Assembly: GCA_963769645.1 (NCBI GenBank)
Contig: CAVYMH010000002.1
Location: forward strand, 512,903 to 576,902
From: an uncultured Actinomycetes bacterium
GTDB taxonomy: Bacteria; Actinomycetota; Thermoleophilia; Gaiellales; Gaiellaceae
DNA: 64,000 nucleotides
Direction: 5' to 3'
The position numbers were made by a program, and so were the translations under genes. This document shows, piece after piece, positions 1 to 9,013 of this stretch. The notes beneath the pieces are model-generated. The model was not told the origin of the DNA. It searched no databases and saw nothing but the letters and a program-made list of their open reading frames with translations. The stretch's first letter is position 1, and each line of letters begins with the position of its first letter.

Positions 1-1451
1 TGTCGACCGCGACGTCGGCCGGCGGCCGGCGGTTGATCTTGCGTGCGGTCAGGTGGCCGATGCAGTCGACGTGGGGGTTCTCGCATCGCGTTCAGCACCC
101 GCTCGGTCGGGTTCTTGTCGAAGCTCGTGTGCAGCGACGCCATCACCCAGTCGAACAGCGAGAGCGTCTCGTCGTCCACGTCCAGCGTCCCGTCCGCCTT
201 GATGTTCACCTCGATCCCGCGCAGCACGCGGAACGGCGCGACACGCTTGTCGAGCGCCACGATCTCCTCGAAGTAGCGCTCGAGCTTGCCGTCCCGCAGA
301 TAGTGCGAGTGGTCGGTGATGGCGTAGTAGTCGTAGCCGCGCGCCTGCGCGGCCTCGACCATCTCCTCGAGCGTGTTCTTGCCGTCGTTCGACCAGGTCG
401 TGTGCGAGTGGAGGTCGCCGCGGAGGTCGCCGAGCTCGACCAGCTGCGGGAGCTCGCCCTTGCGAGCCGCGTCCAGCTCGCCCGAGTTCTCGCGCAGCTC
501 CGGCGGGATGAACTGGTAGCCCAGGTGCGCGTAGAGCTCCTCCTCGCTGCGGGTCTGGAAGACCTCGCGCGTCTCGACGTTCTCGACCCCGTACTCCGAG
601 ACGGAGAGCCCGGCACGGACGGCGTTCTCGCGCAACGCGACGTTGTGCTCCTTCGAGCCCGTGAAGTGCTGGAGCAGGTTGCCGTAGGACTCGGGCGGGA
701 CGACCCGGAGGTCGAAGCGCAGGCCGTCGTTCGAGAGCACGGTCGCCTTGGTCGGCCCCTTCGCGGCCACGTCCGCGACCCACTTCAGCTTCGTGAAGTG
801 CTCGGTGAGCTCGGAGGGGTTGGCGGCGGTGGCGATGATGTCGAGGTCGCGGAACGTCTCCTTGCGGCGGCGGACGCTGCCGGCCTCCGAGACGAGGTCG
901 ACGCCGGGGTGCTCGCGCAGCGCCTCCACGACGGCGAGGACGGCCGGCAGTCCCTGCCCGAGCAGTGCGCGGTGCGGCTCCGCCGAGGCTTCGGCGGCCA
1001 GCGCGGCGAGCACGCGCTCCTCGGTCTTCGCGCCGAGGCCGGCCAGCGTGCGCAGGCGCTGCTGCTCGGCCGCCTCCTTCAGCTCCACGAGGGTCGACAC
1101 GCCCAGCTCGCGCCAGATCCGCGCCGCCGTCTTCGGCCCCAGCCCGGGCAGGCGCATGAAGAGCACGACCTCGGTCGGGATCGTGCCCTTGCGCTTGGTG
1201 ATCGCCTCGATCTCGCCCTTCTCGGCGATCTGGACGATCTTCTCCTCGATCGTCTTGCCGATTCCCTGCAGGCTCTTAGCCTTGCCGGCGACCGCCAGCT
1301 CGACGATCGAGCCCGCCGTCTCGCGGATCTTCTGCGCGGCCCGGCGGTAGGCGAGTGGCCGGAAGGGGTCGGTGCCCTCGAGCTCGAGCAGGTCGGCCAG
1401 GAGGTCGAACTGGTCGGCGACGTCCGCGTTCCTGGGAAGTGTTGCCGCCAC
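1..1451 (-). CDS. polX: DNA polymerase X family protein (Pol-beta-like domain plus C-terminal PHP domain); 3' end runs off the window start; apparent frameshift near nt 55-70
   Basis: The reverse-strand translation gives RNADVADQFDLLADLLELEGTDPFR (classic PolX N-terminus), GLGPKTAARIW, then the PHP motifs GDLHSHTTWSNDG and ENPHVDCIGHLTARKINRRPPADVAVD. The last motif sits in a different frame from RVLNAM, implying an indel in the C5 run at about nt 58-66. A GTG start at about 1451 is preferred, with ATG 1484 as an alternative. The gene is absent from the ORF track because no in-window stop exists in the true frame. Confidence 0.8.
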   Translation of the reverse strand, partial: MAATLPRNADVADQFDLLADLLELEGTDPFRPLAYRRAAQKIRETAGSIVELAVAGKAKSLQGIGKTIEEKIVQIAEKGEIEAITKRKGTIPTEVVLFMRLPGLGPKTAARIWRELGVSTLVELKEAAEQQRLRTLAGLGAKTEERVLAALAAEASAEPHRALLGQGLPAVLAVVEALREHPGVDLVSEAGSVRRRKETFRDLDIIATAANPSELTEHFTKLKWVADVAAKGPTKATVLSNDGLRFDLRVVPPESYGNLLQHFTGSKEHNVALRENAVRAGLSVSEYGVENVETREVFQTRSEEELYAHLGYQFIPPELRENSGELDAARKGELPQLVELGDLRGDLHSHTTWSNDGKNTLEEMVEAAQARGYDYYAITDHSHYLRDGKLERYFEEIVALDKRVAPFRVLRGIEVNIKADGTLDVDDETLSLFDWVMASLHTSFDKNPTERVLNAMREPPRRLHRPPDRTQDQPPAAGRRRGR

Positions 1452-1458
1452 CCCGGCG

Positions 1459-2190
1459 ATGATACGGAGCGTGCCCCGGGCCATCGTCTGCCTGCCCACC
1501 TACGACGAGCGCGAGAACCTCGAGCCGATGATCCGCGCGCTCGGCGAGGTGCTCGGCCCCGACGACCGCGTGCTCGTGATCGACGACAGCTCGCCCGACG
1601 GAACCGGGGAGATCGCCGACCGGCTCGCGGCGGAGCTCGACTGGGTCGATGTCCTGCACCGCCCCCGGAAGGAAGGCCTCGGCCGCGCCTACCTGGACGG
1701 TTTCCGGGCGGCACTCGAGGCCGGGGCCGAGCTCGTGCTGGAGCTGGACTGCGACTTCTCGCACGACCCGAAGGACGTGCCGCGCCTGCTCGCGGCCGCG
1801 GCCGACGCCGACCTCGTGCTCGGCTCGCGCTACGTCGCGGGCGGCGGCACGGCGAACTGGGGCCTGCTGCGCCGCGCGATCTCGCGCTGGGGCTCGCTGT
1901 ACGCGCAGATCCTGCTCGGCCTCCCCGTGCGCGACCTCACCGGCGGCTTCAAGTGCTATCGCCGCGCGGTGCTCGAGACGATCGACCTGGGCGCGATCGA
2001 CTCGCGCGGCTACGCGTTCCAGATCGAGACGACGTACCGGGCGATCCGAGCCGGCTTTCGCGTCGTCGAGATCCCGATCCGCTTCACCGATCGCGAGGTC
2101 GGCGGCTCGAAGATGTCCCACGCGATCGTGCTCGAGGCGGTCTGGAAGGTGCCGGCCCTGCGGCTCGCCGCACTGCGCGGCCGCCTGTAG
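1459..2190 (+). CDS. polyprenol-phosphate mannose synthase-like GT2 glycosyltransferase (Ppm1/DPM1 family)
   Basis: The ORF 1372..2190 contains CLPTYDERENL, VIDDSSPDGTGEIA, DCDFSHDP and GGFKCYRRAVLE. A likely start is ATG 1459 (MIRSVPRAIVCLPTYDE), only 8 bp from the divergent polX start. Confidence 0.8.
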   Translation: MIRSVPRAIVCLPTYDERENLEPMIRALGEVLGPDDRVLVIDDSSPDGTGEIADRLAAELDWVDVLHRPRKEGLGRAYLDGFRAALEAGAELVLELDCDFSHDPKDVPRLLAAAADADLVLGSRYVAGGGTANWGLLRRAISRWGSLYAQILLGLPVRDLTGGFKCYRRAVLETIDLGAIDSRGYAFQIETTYRAIRAGFRVVEIPIRFTDREVGGSKMSHAIVLEAVWKVPALRLAALRGRL

Positions 2191-2199
2191 CGTGAAGGC

Positions 2200-2514
2200 G
2201 TGCGCGAGATCGGCGACGACAGCTTCGAGCGCGACGTGCTCCAGGCCGCGGGGCCGGTCGTGGTCGACTTCTGGGCGCCGTGGTGCGGCCCCTGCCACGC
2301 CGTCACCGGCCTGCTCGAGAAGCTCGCAGCCGAGCACGAGGGAAAGGCCGAGTTCGTCAAGGTGAACGTCGACGACAACCTCGCCACCGCCTCGCGCTAC
2401 GAGGTGCTGACGCTCCCGACGACGATCCTGTTCGAGGGCGGCGAGCCGCGCGCCACCGTGACCGGCGCGCGCCCGCGCTCACATTTCCAGAGCGCGTTCG
2501 CCGACTGGCTCTAA
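2200..2514 (+). CDS. trxA: thioredoxin
   Basis: 104 aa with the WCGPC active site (VVVDFWAPWCGPCHAV); GTG start. Confidence 0.9.
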   Translation: MREIGDDSFERDVLQAAGPVVVDFWAPWCGPCHAVTGLLEKLAAEHEGKAEFVKVNVDDNLATASRYEVLTLPTTILFEGGEPRATVTGARPRSHFQSAFADWL

Positions 2515-3527
2515 CCGCCTGCCTCGCCGAGGCGAGGGGGCCGCGCTGCCCTCGAAGTCCGTGGAGTGCAGGCGGCTGCGCGGGTCGATCGACGTGTAGA
2601 GCAGGTCGACGATCAGGTTGAGCACGATCACCGCGAGGGTGCCGAAGAGGACGACGCCCATGATCACGGGCAGGTCTCGGCGGGCCAGGCTCTGCAGCGC
2701 GATCCCGCCCAGGCCGGGTAGCCCGAAGACGCGCTCGACGAAGACGGCGCCGCCGAGCGCGAGGCCGATGTCCATCCCGAGCATCGTCACGACCGGCAGC
2801 AGCGCGTTCCGGAGCACGTGCCCGCGCAGGACCTGCGGCTCGGAGGCGCCCTTCGCTCGCGCGGTGCGCACGTAGTCCTCGCCGAGCGCCTCGAGCACGC
2901 TCGCCCGGACCATCCGCATGTAGATCGCCGCGAACATCAGCGCGAACGTGATCCACGGCAGCCACAGATGCCACGCCCACTGCACGGGGCCGCCGCACTT
3001 GGTCGTCGGCGAGACCAGGTCGCAGTAGCCGCCGTTCGGCGCGAGGCCGAGCTTCTGCCCGAACACGTACGAGAGGATCAGGCCGATCCACACCGGGTGC
3101 GCCGAGATCCCGATCAGCACGAACGCGGTCGCGGCACGGTCGAGCAGCGACCGGGGGCGCGAGCGCCGAGAGCAGGCCGACCGGGATCGCGATCAGCAGC
3201 CACACGATCGCGCCGCCGAAGACGAGCGACGCGGTCACGGGCATCGCCTGCAGGAGGATGTCGCTCACCTCGCGCCTCGTGACGTAGGAGTGGCCCAGGT
3301 CGCCCTGCAGGATCCGGCCGACGAACTGTCCGTACTCCTGCACGACCGACCCCTCGAGCGGGATCACCGTGCGCAGGTCGATCGTCTCGGAGCGCCTGGC
3401 CGCGGCCGATCGTCGACGACTCGGTCGGGATGACGAAGAAGATCAGGTAGGTGATGAAGCTCATGACGAGGAACAGCAGGCCTGCCCACGCGAACCGCCT
3501 GACGAGGTAGCCCGTCACGCTGCTCAA
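2479..3527 (-). pseudogene. orphan DppB/OppB-type ABC peptide permease remnant, split over three reading frames
   Basis: N-terminus (3527 to about 3400) MSSVTGYLVRRFAWAGLLFLVMSFITYLIFFVIP. Middle, in a second frame, PLEGSVVQEYGQFVGRILQGDLGHSY...PVTASLVFGGAIVWLLIAIPVGLLSA. C-terminus (3120 to 2479) in a third frame, IGLILSYVFG...DPRSR. No cognate substrate-binding, second-permease or ATPase genes flank it, and it lies between trxA and thiL. Confidence 0.55.
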
Positions 3528-3537
3528 CCTTACGCCG

Positions 3538-4363
3538 CTACCTGAAGTGCTCCCACCCTGGGAGGTCTACGGGCTCGCCGTGCAGCCGGATCTCGACGCC
3601 GTCGCCCTCCTCGCAGCGTCCGATCACGTCGAAGCCCTTCGGATTCGCGCGTCGCGGCGAGGAGCTCGTAGTCCTCGCCGAAGCCGAGGTCCTCGACCGT
3701 CGCGCCCTCGGCGAGCGGCACCAGCTCCAGGTCGATCACGCAGCGGACGCCCGAGCGGGCGGCGATGTGGCCGGCGTCGAGGCCGAGGCCGTCGGAGATG
3801 TCGAGCATCGCCGTCGGCCGTCCGCCGCGAGCCGCGGCCCTCGGCGAGCCGCAGCGGCGGCCGGACGAAGCGCTGCTCGCGGAAGGCCGCTCCTGCAGCT
3901 CCCAGCGGACCGGTTACGACGAGCGTGTCGCCGGGCCGGGCGCCGCCGCGGCCGGGCACCCGCTCCGACGCGCCCCAGGGCGGTGACCGACAGGACGCAG
4001 CTTGTCGGCCCGCGTCGTGTCGCCGCCGACGACGGGCACGCCCGTCTCGGCGATGCCCTCGTAGAGCTCGAGCACGTCGTCCACACGCGTCTCCGCCGAC
4101 GCTGCGAGCGAGACGAGCAAGGCGCTCGGCTCCGCGCCCGAGGCGGCCAGGTCGCTGAGATTCACGGCGGCGGCCCGGAAACCCAGCTCCCGCCACGAGA
4201 TCCAGTCGAGGCGGAAGTGCACGTCCTCGACGAGCGCGTCGGTCGTGACGACGAGCCCCTCGACGACGGCTGCGTCGTTCTCGGTCCGCGTCGTCAGCCC
4301 GCGCCGCTCCAGCTCGGCGAGCAGCCCCAGCTCGCCGAGGTCAGCCAGAGCTCTACATCGCAT
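3538..4363 (-). CDS. thiL: thiamine-monophosphate kinase, at least 3 apparent frameshifts
   Basis: [19 protein letters not shown]...[17 protein letters not shown]...[22 protein letters not shown]...[10 protein letters not shown], then [17 protein letters not shown], then [33 protein letters not shown], ending [26 protein letters not shown]...GWEHF in yet another frame. Its ATG shares the last Met codon of thiE. Confidence 0.7.
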
Positions 4364-4896
4364 TTCGTATCGCCGCCGCGTCCCGCGCAGCGCGGATGAC
4401 CGCGACCCCGGCCGCTCCCGCCTCGATGCAGGCACCCGCGTTCGAGCGCGTCGATGCCGCCGATCGCGACGACCGGGACGGAGACTGCCGCCGCAGATCG
4501 CGCGCAGGCCCGTCCAGCCCGATCGGAGGGTCGGCATCGGCCTTCGAGGGGGTTTCCCAGACCGGACCCGCGCCCACGTAGGTGGCGCCGCGCGCCTCGG
4601 CGTCGCCTGCGCCTCCGCGGGAGTGGAGGCGGAGAGCCCGAGCAGCAGCCCGCTCTCGAGCGCGCGCTCCGCCCCCTCGTCGTTCCGCCCGAGGTGCACG
4701 CCGTCGGCGCCGAGCCTGATCGCCGCGTCCACGTCGTCGTTGACGACGAGGATGGCCGGCAGCTCGCGAAGCGCGCGCCCGCGCTCCACGACCTCGTCCG
4801 TCGACCGGCCCTTGAGCCGCAGCTGCACGACGGTGGCGCCACCTGCGACGGCCGCGCGGGCGGTCTCCACCTCCTCCACGATCGCGTGCAGCCTCA
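4353..4896 (-). CDS. thiE: thiamine-phosphate synthase, several apparent frameshifts
   Basis: [73 protein letters not shown]...LGLSASTPAEAQ, then GAGPVWETPSKADADPPIGLDG, AVSVPVVAIGGIDA and NAGACIEAGAAGVAVIRAARDA in shifting frames. GTG start overlaps the thiM stop (GTGA). Confidence 0.7.
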
Positions 4897-5691
4897 CTGC
4901 TCGGTGACGCGAGCTCGCTCGTCGAGCGTGGCCGGGTCGAGACCGGCGAGCGCGTCGTACAGCCCGGCGTGGAACGTGCCCGGGCCGCGGGCGTCGAGGG
5001 CGGCCTGCTCCCCGGCGACGCCGAGCGCGACCAGCGCCTCGACCGCCGCCTCCAGCGGCTCGTCGGGCTTCACGGCGAGAAACGCCCCGGTGATCGCCGA
5101 GGCCATGCAGCCCGGTGCCGGTAACTGCCGCGAGCAGCTCGTGGCCGTTGGCGACCGCGAGCACACGCTCGCCGTCCGAGACGTGGTCGACCGGCCCGGT
5201 CACGGAGGCGACGAGATCGAGCGTGTCGGCCGCCTCCCGCGCTAGGTCGCCCGCGTCGCCGCTCGCTGCGATCGACTCGACCCCGCGCACCTCGGCCTCG
5301 ATCCCGACCAGCGTCGCGATCTCGCCGGCGTTCCCGCGGAGCACGGCGATCTGCGAGCTCGGCGAGCAGGCCGCGCGCGGTATCGGTGCGGTAGCGCGTG
5401 GCGCCGGCGCCCACCGGGTCGAGCACGATCGGGATCTCGCGCGCGTTCGCGGCCCGGCCCGCGAGCACCATCGCCTCGACCCAGTGCGGCGAGAGCGTCC
5501 CGATGTTGAGCACGAGCGCGCTCGCCAGGCCGACCATCTCCTCGACCTCCTCGACCGCGTGCGCCATCACGGGCAGCGCGCCGAGCGCGAGCGTCGCGTT
5601 CGCCGTCTCGTTCATGACCACGTAGTTGGTGATCTGGTGGACGAGCGGCTTCTCCTCGCGGATCCGCGCCGAGCGTCGCGCCCGGGCTCAT
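4894..5691 (-). CDS. thiM: hydroxyethylthiazole kinase, at least 3 apparent frameshifts
   Basis: [12 protein letters not shown] | [37 protein letters not shown]...[15 protein letters not shown] | [15 protein letters not shown]...[31 protein letters not shown] | [12 protein letters not shown]...RVTEQ. ATGA overlap with the thiD stop; the RBS GGAGGAAGCCG precedes the ATG. Confidence 0.7.
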
Positions 5692-6460
5692 CGGCTTCCT
5701 CCGAGGTGGAAGACGTCCACCGGCCCGTCGCCGGCGCCGATCTCGGTGAGGCCGTTCTTGACCGCGTCGGACGCAACCTTGCCGGCCGCACGAGCGACCC
5801 GCACCGGCCGCTCGCCCTTCGCGAGCAAGCGCAGCGACCGTGGCCGAGTGCGTGCAGCCCGCGCCGTGCGTGGCCGGGACATCGTGGCGCGCGACGGGGA
5901 ACTCGTAGTGCTCGACGCCGTCGTAGAAGTGGTCGACCGGGTCGTCGCCGTGGCCGCCCGTGACGATCACGGTCGGAAGCCCCAGCTCGTGCAGGCGCTC
6001 GGCGAGCTCGCGGCGCGAGGCGCCCGGCCGTCCGGCCAGGGCCTCGGCCTCGGGCAGGTTCGGGCGTGACGACGGTCGCGAGCGGGAAGAGCCGCCGCAC
6101 GAGCACGTCGACCGCGTCGTCCTGCGAGCAGCTTCGCACCGGAGCTCGCGACCATCACGGGGTCGACGACGAGCGGCGTCTCTCGCCCCTCGAGGAAGTC
6201 CGCGACCGTCTCGATGACGCCGCCGAGAAGAGCATCCCGGTCTTGGCCGCGTCGACCCCGATGTCGTCGTAGACCGCCTCGAGCTGGGCGCGGATGAACT
6301 CCGCCGGCAGCTCGTGCACGGCCGTGACGCCGACGGTGTTCTGAGCTGTCAAGGCGACCACGGACGGACATGCCGTGACAGCCGGCGGCTGCAAAGGCCT
6401 TGAGGTCGGCCTGGATGCCGGCGCCACCGCCCGAGTCGGAGGACGCGATCGTCAGACAGC
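5688..6460 (-). CDS. thiD: hydroxymethylpyrimidine/phosphomethylpyrimidine kinase, at least 5 apparent frameshifts
   Basis: TTG start LIPRCLTIASSDSGGGAGIQADLKAFAAAGCHGMSV | VALTAQNTVGVTAVHELPAEFIRAQLEAVYDDIGVDAAKTGMLFSA | GVIETVADFLEGRETPLVVDPVMVASSGAKLL | DDAVDVLVRRLFPLATVVTP | VIVTGGHGDDPVDHFYDGVEHYEFPVARHDVPATHGAGCTHSATVAAL | LAKGERPVRVARAAGKVASDAVKNGLTEIGAGDGPVDVFHLGG. Every segment is a canonical ThiD/PdxK motif but in alternating frames. Confidence 0.7.
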
Positions 6461-6469
6461 GTGGAATCA

Positions 6470-6550
6470 ACGGACTCCCTTCGCCGGTACTAGCCGGATC
6501 AGGTTCTGCGGGTGTGATCTCAGCCCCTCTGCGGGGCACCCCGGTCGGCC
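6470..6550 (-). promoter_or_regulatory. TPP (THI-box) riboswitch upstream of thiD
   Basis: The minus-strand RNA reads cgaccGGGGUGCCCcgcagagGGGCUGAGAUcacACCCgcaGAACCUGAUCCGGCUAGUACCGGCGAAGGGAGuc. It matches the THI element consensus (GGGGUGCC, CUGAGA, ACCC, AACCUGAUC, GGCUAGUACCGGCGnAGGGA) almost base for base, about 10 nt upstream of the thiD start. Confidence 0.9.
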
Positions 6551-6596
6551 GAGAGTAGCATCGGCTAGATGGGCGGAGTCGCGCGCTACGACGGGG

Positions 6597-8839
6597 TTGG
6601 CGCAGACGGTCGCACTCCCCGACGAGCTTCTCGCCGGGGAGGAGCTCGCCTATCTCACGACCGAGCCGGCACGGCGAGCCCGCACGGCTCCGCTCCCGGA
6701 CAAGCTGCACCCGGGCGTGCGCAAGGCGCTGGCCGACCGTGGGATCGCCGAGCTGTTCACGCACCAGCGCGACGCCTGGGACGCCGTGGCCCGAGGCGAG
6801 CACGTCGTCGTCGCTACCGGGACGGCGAGCGGCAAGACGCTCGCGTTCAACCTCCCCGTGCTGGACGCGCTCGCACGCGCGCCGAAGACGCGGGCGCTCT
6901 ACCTCTACCCGACCAAGGCGCTCGCCCAGGACCAGGCGCGCGCGCTCGGTCGAGCTGCGCGTCCCGAAGGTGCGCGCGGCGATCTACGACGGCGACACGC
7001 CCAGCGAGCAGCGCTGGCAGATCCGCAAGTGGTCGAACCTGATCCTGACCAACCCGGACATGCTCCACGTGGGCGTCCTGCCGCACCACGATCGCTGGGG
7101 CGACGTGCTCTCGAACCTGGCGTACGTGGTGATCGACGAGGCTCACGTCTACCGCGGTGTCTTCGGCTCGCACGTGGGCAACGTGCTCCGGCGCCTGCGC
7201 CGGCTGGCCCGGGTCTACGGCGCCGAGCCGCGCTTCCTGCTGGCCTCGGCGACGATCGCCAACCCGGGCGAGCTGGTCGAGGCGCTGCTCGGCGTCGAGG
7301 CGACGGTCGTGGACGACGACGGCGCCCCGCGCGCCGAGCGGACGATCGCGCTCTGGAACCCGCCGCTCCTGGACGAGGAGCTCGGCCAGCGGGCGAGCGC
7401 GCTGGCCGAGGCGTCGCGGCTGATGGCCGAGCTCGTCGCGGGCGGCCGGCGCACGCTCGCGTTCGGGAAGAGCCGCAAGGCCGCGGAGCTCGTGCACCGC
7501 TTCACGGTCGACCGCCTCGACGACCGCGAGCTCGCGGCGCGGCTCTCGCCCTACCGCGCCGGCTACACGCCCGCCCAGCGGCGCGAGATCGAGCGACGGC
7601 TCGTCGAGGGCGAGCTGCTCGGGGTCGCGGCGACGGACGCGCTCGAGCTCGGGATCGACGTCGGCCTGCTGGACGCCGTGATCTCGGTCGGCTTCCCCGG
7701 CACCGTCGCCAGCCTTCGCCAGCAATGGGGCACGGGCGGGCCGGCGCGAGCACGGGCTCGCCGTGCTCGTCGCGAGCGAGGACGCACTCGACCAGTACTT
7801 CATGCGCGAGCCCGAGACACTGCTGGGCAGACGCGTCGAGGCGGCGATCCTCGACCACGCCAATCCGCGCGTCCTGGACGGCCACGTGCTGTCGGCCGCG
7901 TTCGAGGCTCCGCTCGACGACGCCGACCGGGAGATCCTCGGCGACGAGGCGCTGGAACGCGCCGCCGCGCTCCCCGAGCTGAAGCAGACACCTCGCGGCT
8001 ACGTCTGGGCGGGCCGCGACTACCCGGCCGCGCGCGTCCCGCTCCGCTCCACGAGCCCGGACTCCTTCACGGTCGTCGACACGTCCAGCGGCTCCGTGCT
8101 CGGTCTGGTCGAGCGCGAGCGCGCGTACTCGACCGTGCACGAGGGTGCGATCTACCTGCACCTCGGCGAGGCCTACCACGTGCTCGAGCTCGACCACGAC
8201 GCCCGCGCCGCGCTCGTGCAGCCGTTCTCGGGCGACTGGTACACGCAGGCGAAGAAGGAGACGAACACGGCGATCGACGAGACGCTTCGCAGCGAGCAGC
8301 GCCTCGGCCTCGAGCTCTCGTTCGGACGCGTCTCCGTGACCGAGCAGGTGGTCGCGTACCAGCGGCGCTCGATCCGCGGCGGCGAGCAGATCGACCTCGT
8401 CGCCCTCGACCTGCCCGAGACGACCTTCGACACCGAGGCGGTGTGGTACCTGCCGGAGGCCGACCAGCTCGGCGAGTCGATCAAGATGCCCCGCCTGCTC
8501 GGCACCCTGCACGCGGCCGAGCACGCGATGATCGCGATCCTGCCGCTCTGGGCCATGTGCGACCGCTGGGACATCGGCGGGCTCTCGACGAACATCCACT
8601 TCCAGACCGGCCGCCCGACCGTCTTCGTCTACGACGGCCACTCCGGCGGCGTCGGCATCGCCGAGCGCGGCTTCGACGTCTTCGAGGGCTGGGTCGGCGA
8701 CACGGCGAAGCTGCTCGCCGGCTGCCCCTGCTCGGCCGGCTGCCCCTCGTGCGTCCAGTCTCCCAAGTGCGGCAACCTGAACGAGCCGCTCGACAAGGCC
8801 GGCGCGCTCGAGTTGCTCGAGGCGATGCTGGCGGCCTAG
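6597..8839 (+). CDS. MrfA/YprA-like DEAD/DEAH-box helicase with C-terminal DUF1998 (MZB) zinc domain; 2 apparent frameshifts (about 6960 and 7740)
   Basis: THQRDAWDAVARGEHVVVATGTASGKTLAFNLPVLDAL...LYLYPTKALAQDQ (Walker A, motif Ia); AIYDGDTPSEQR, VVIDEAHVYRGVFGSHV (DEAH), LLASATIANP, LAFGKSRKAAE, AATDALELGIDV. The C-terminus ends GCPCSAGCPSCVQSPKCGNLNEPLDKAGALELL (four-Cys DUF1998). It was stitched from the ORFs 6375.., 6739.. and 7763..8839. Confidence 0.75.
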
Positions 8840-8973
8840 AACGCGCGGATCAGCAGGTTGATAAGGATCGTCAGGACGATCGACGCCGCAAGCGAGGCGA
8901 CCAGGCAGCCGGGCGCGCATCCGTAGACGCGAACCCGGCCGCCCGCCGTGTCCCGTCCGGAGAGGAGGCCCAC
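8836..8973 (-). CDS. hypothetical small membrane peptide (46 aa) downstream of sbp
   Basis: VGLLSGRDTAGGRVRVYGCAPGCLVASLAASIVLTILINLLIRAF, with a GTG start preceded by a GGAGG RBS 9 nt upstream, one C-terminal TM helix and GC3-rich codons. It is not in the ORF track (shorter than the cutoff). It overlaps the helicase stop convergently. Confidence 0.25.
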   Translation of the reverse strand: MGLLSGRDTAGGRVRVYGCAPGCLVASLAASIVLTILINLLIRAF

Positions 8974-9013
8974 GACCTCGGTGTTCCTCCGGGGGAGGGG
9001 ACGAAACGCTCTT

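Noticed and set aside
33-2195. 720-aa plus-strand ORF
   Set aside because: Antisense of polX and out-of-frame across ppm1. R/G/V-rich composition typical of wrong-frame translation of GC-rich DNA, with no domain.
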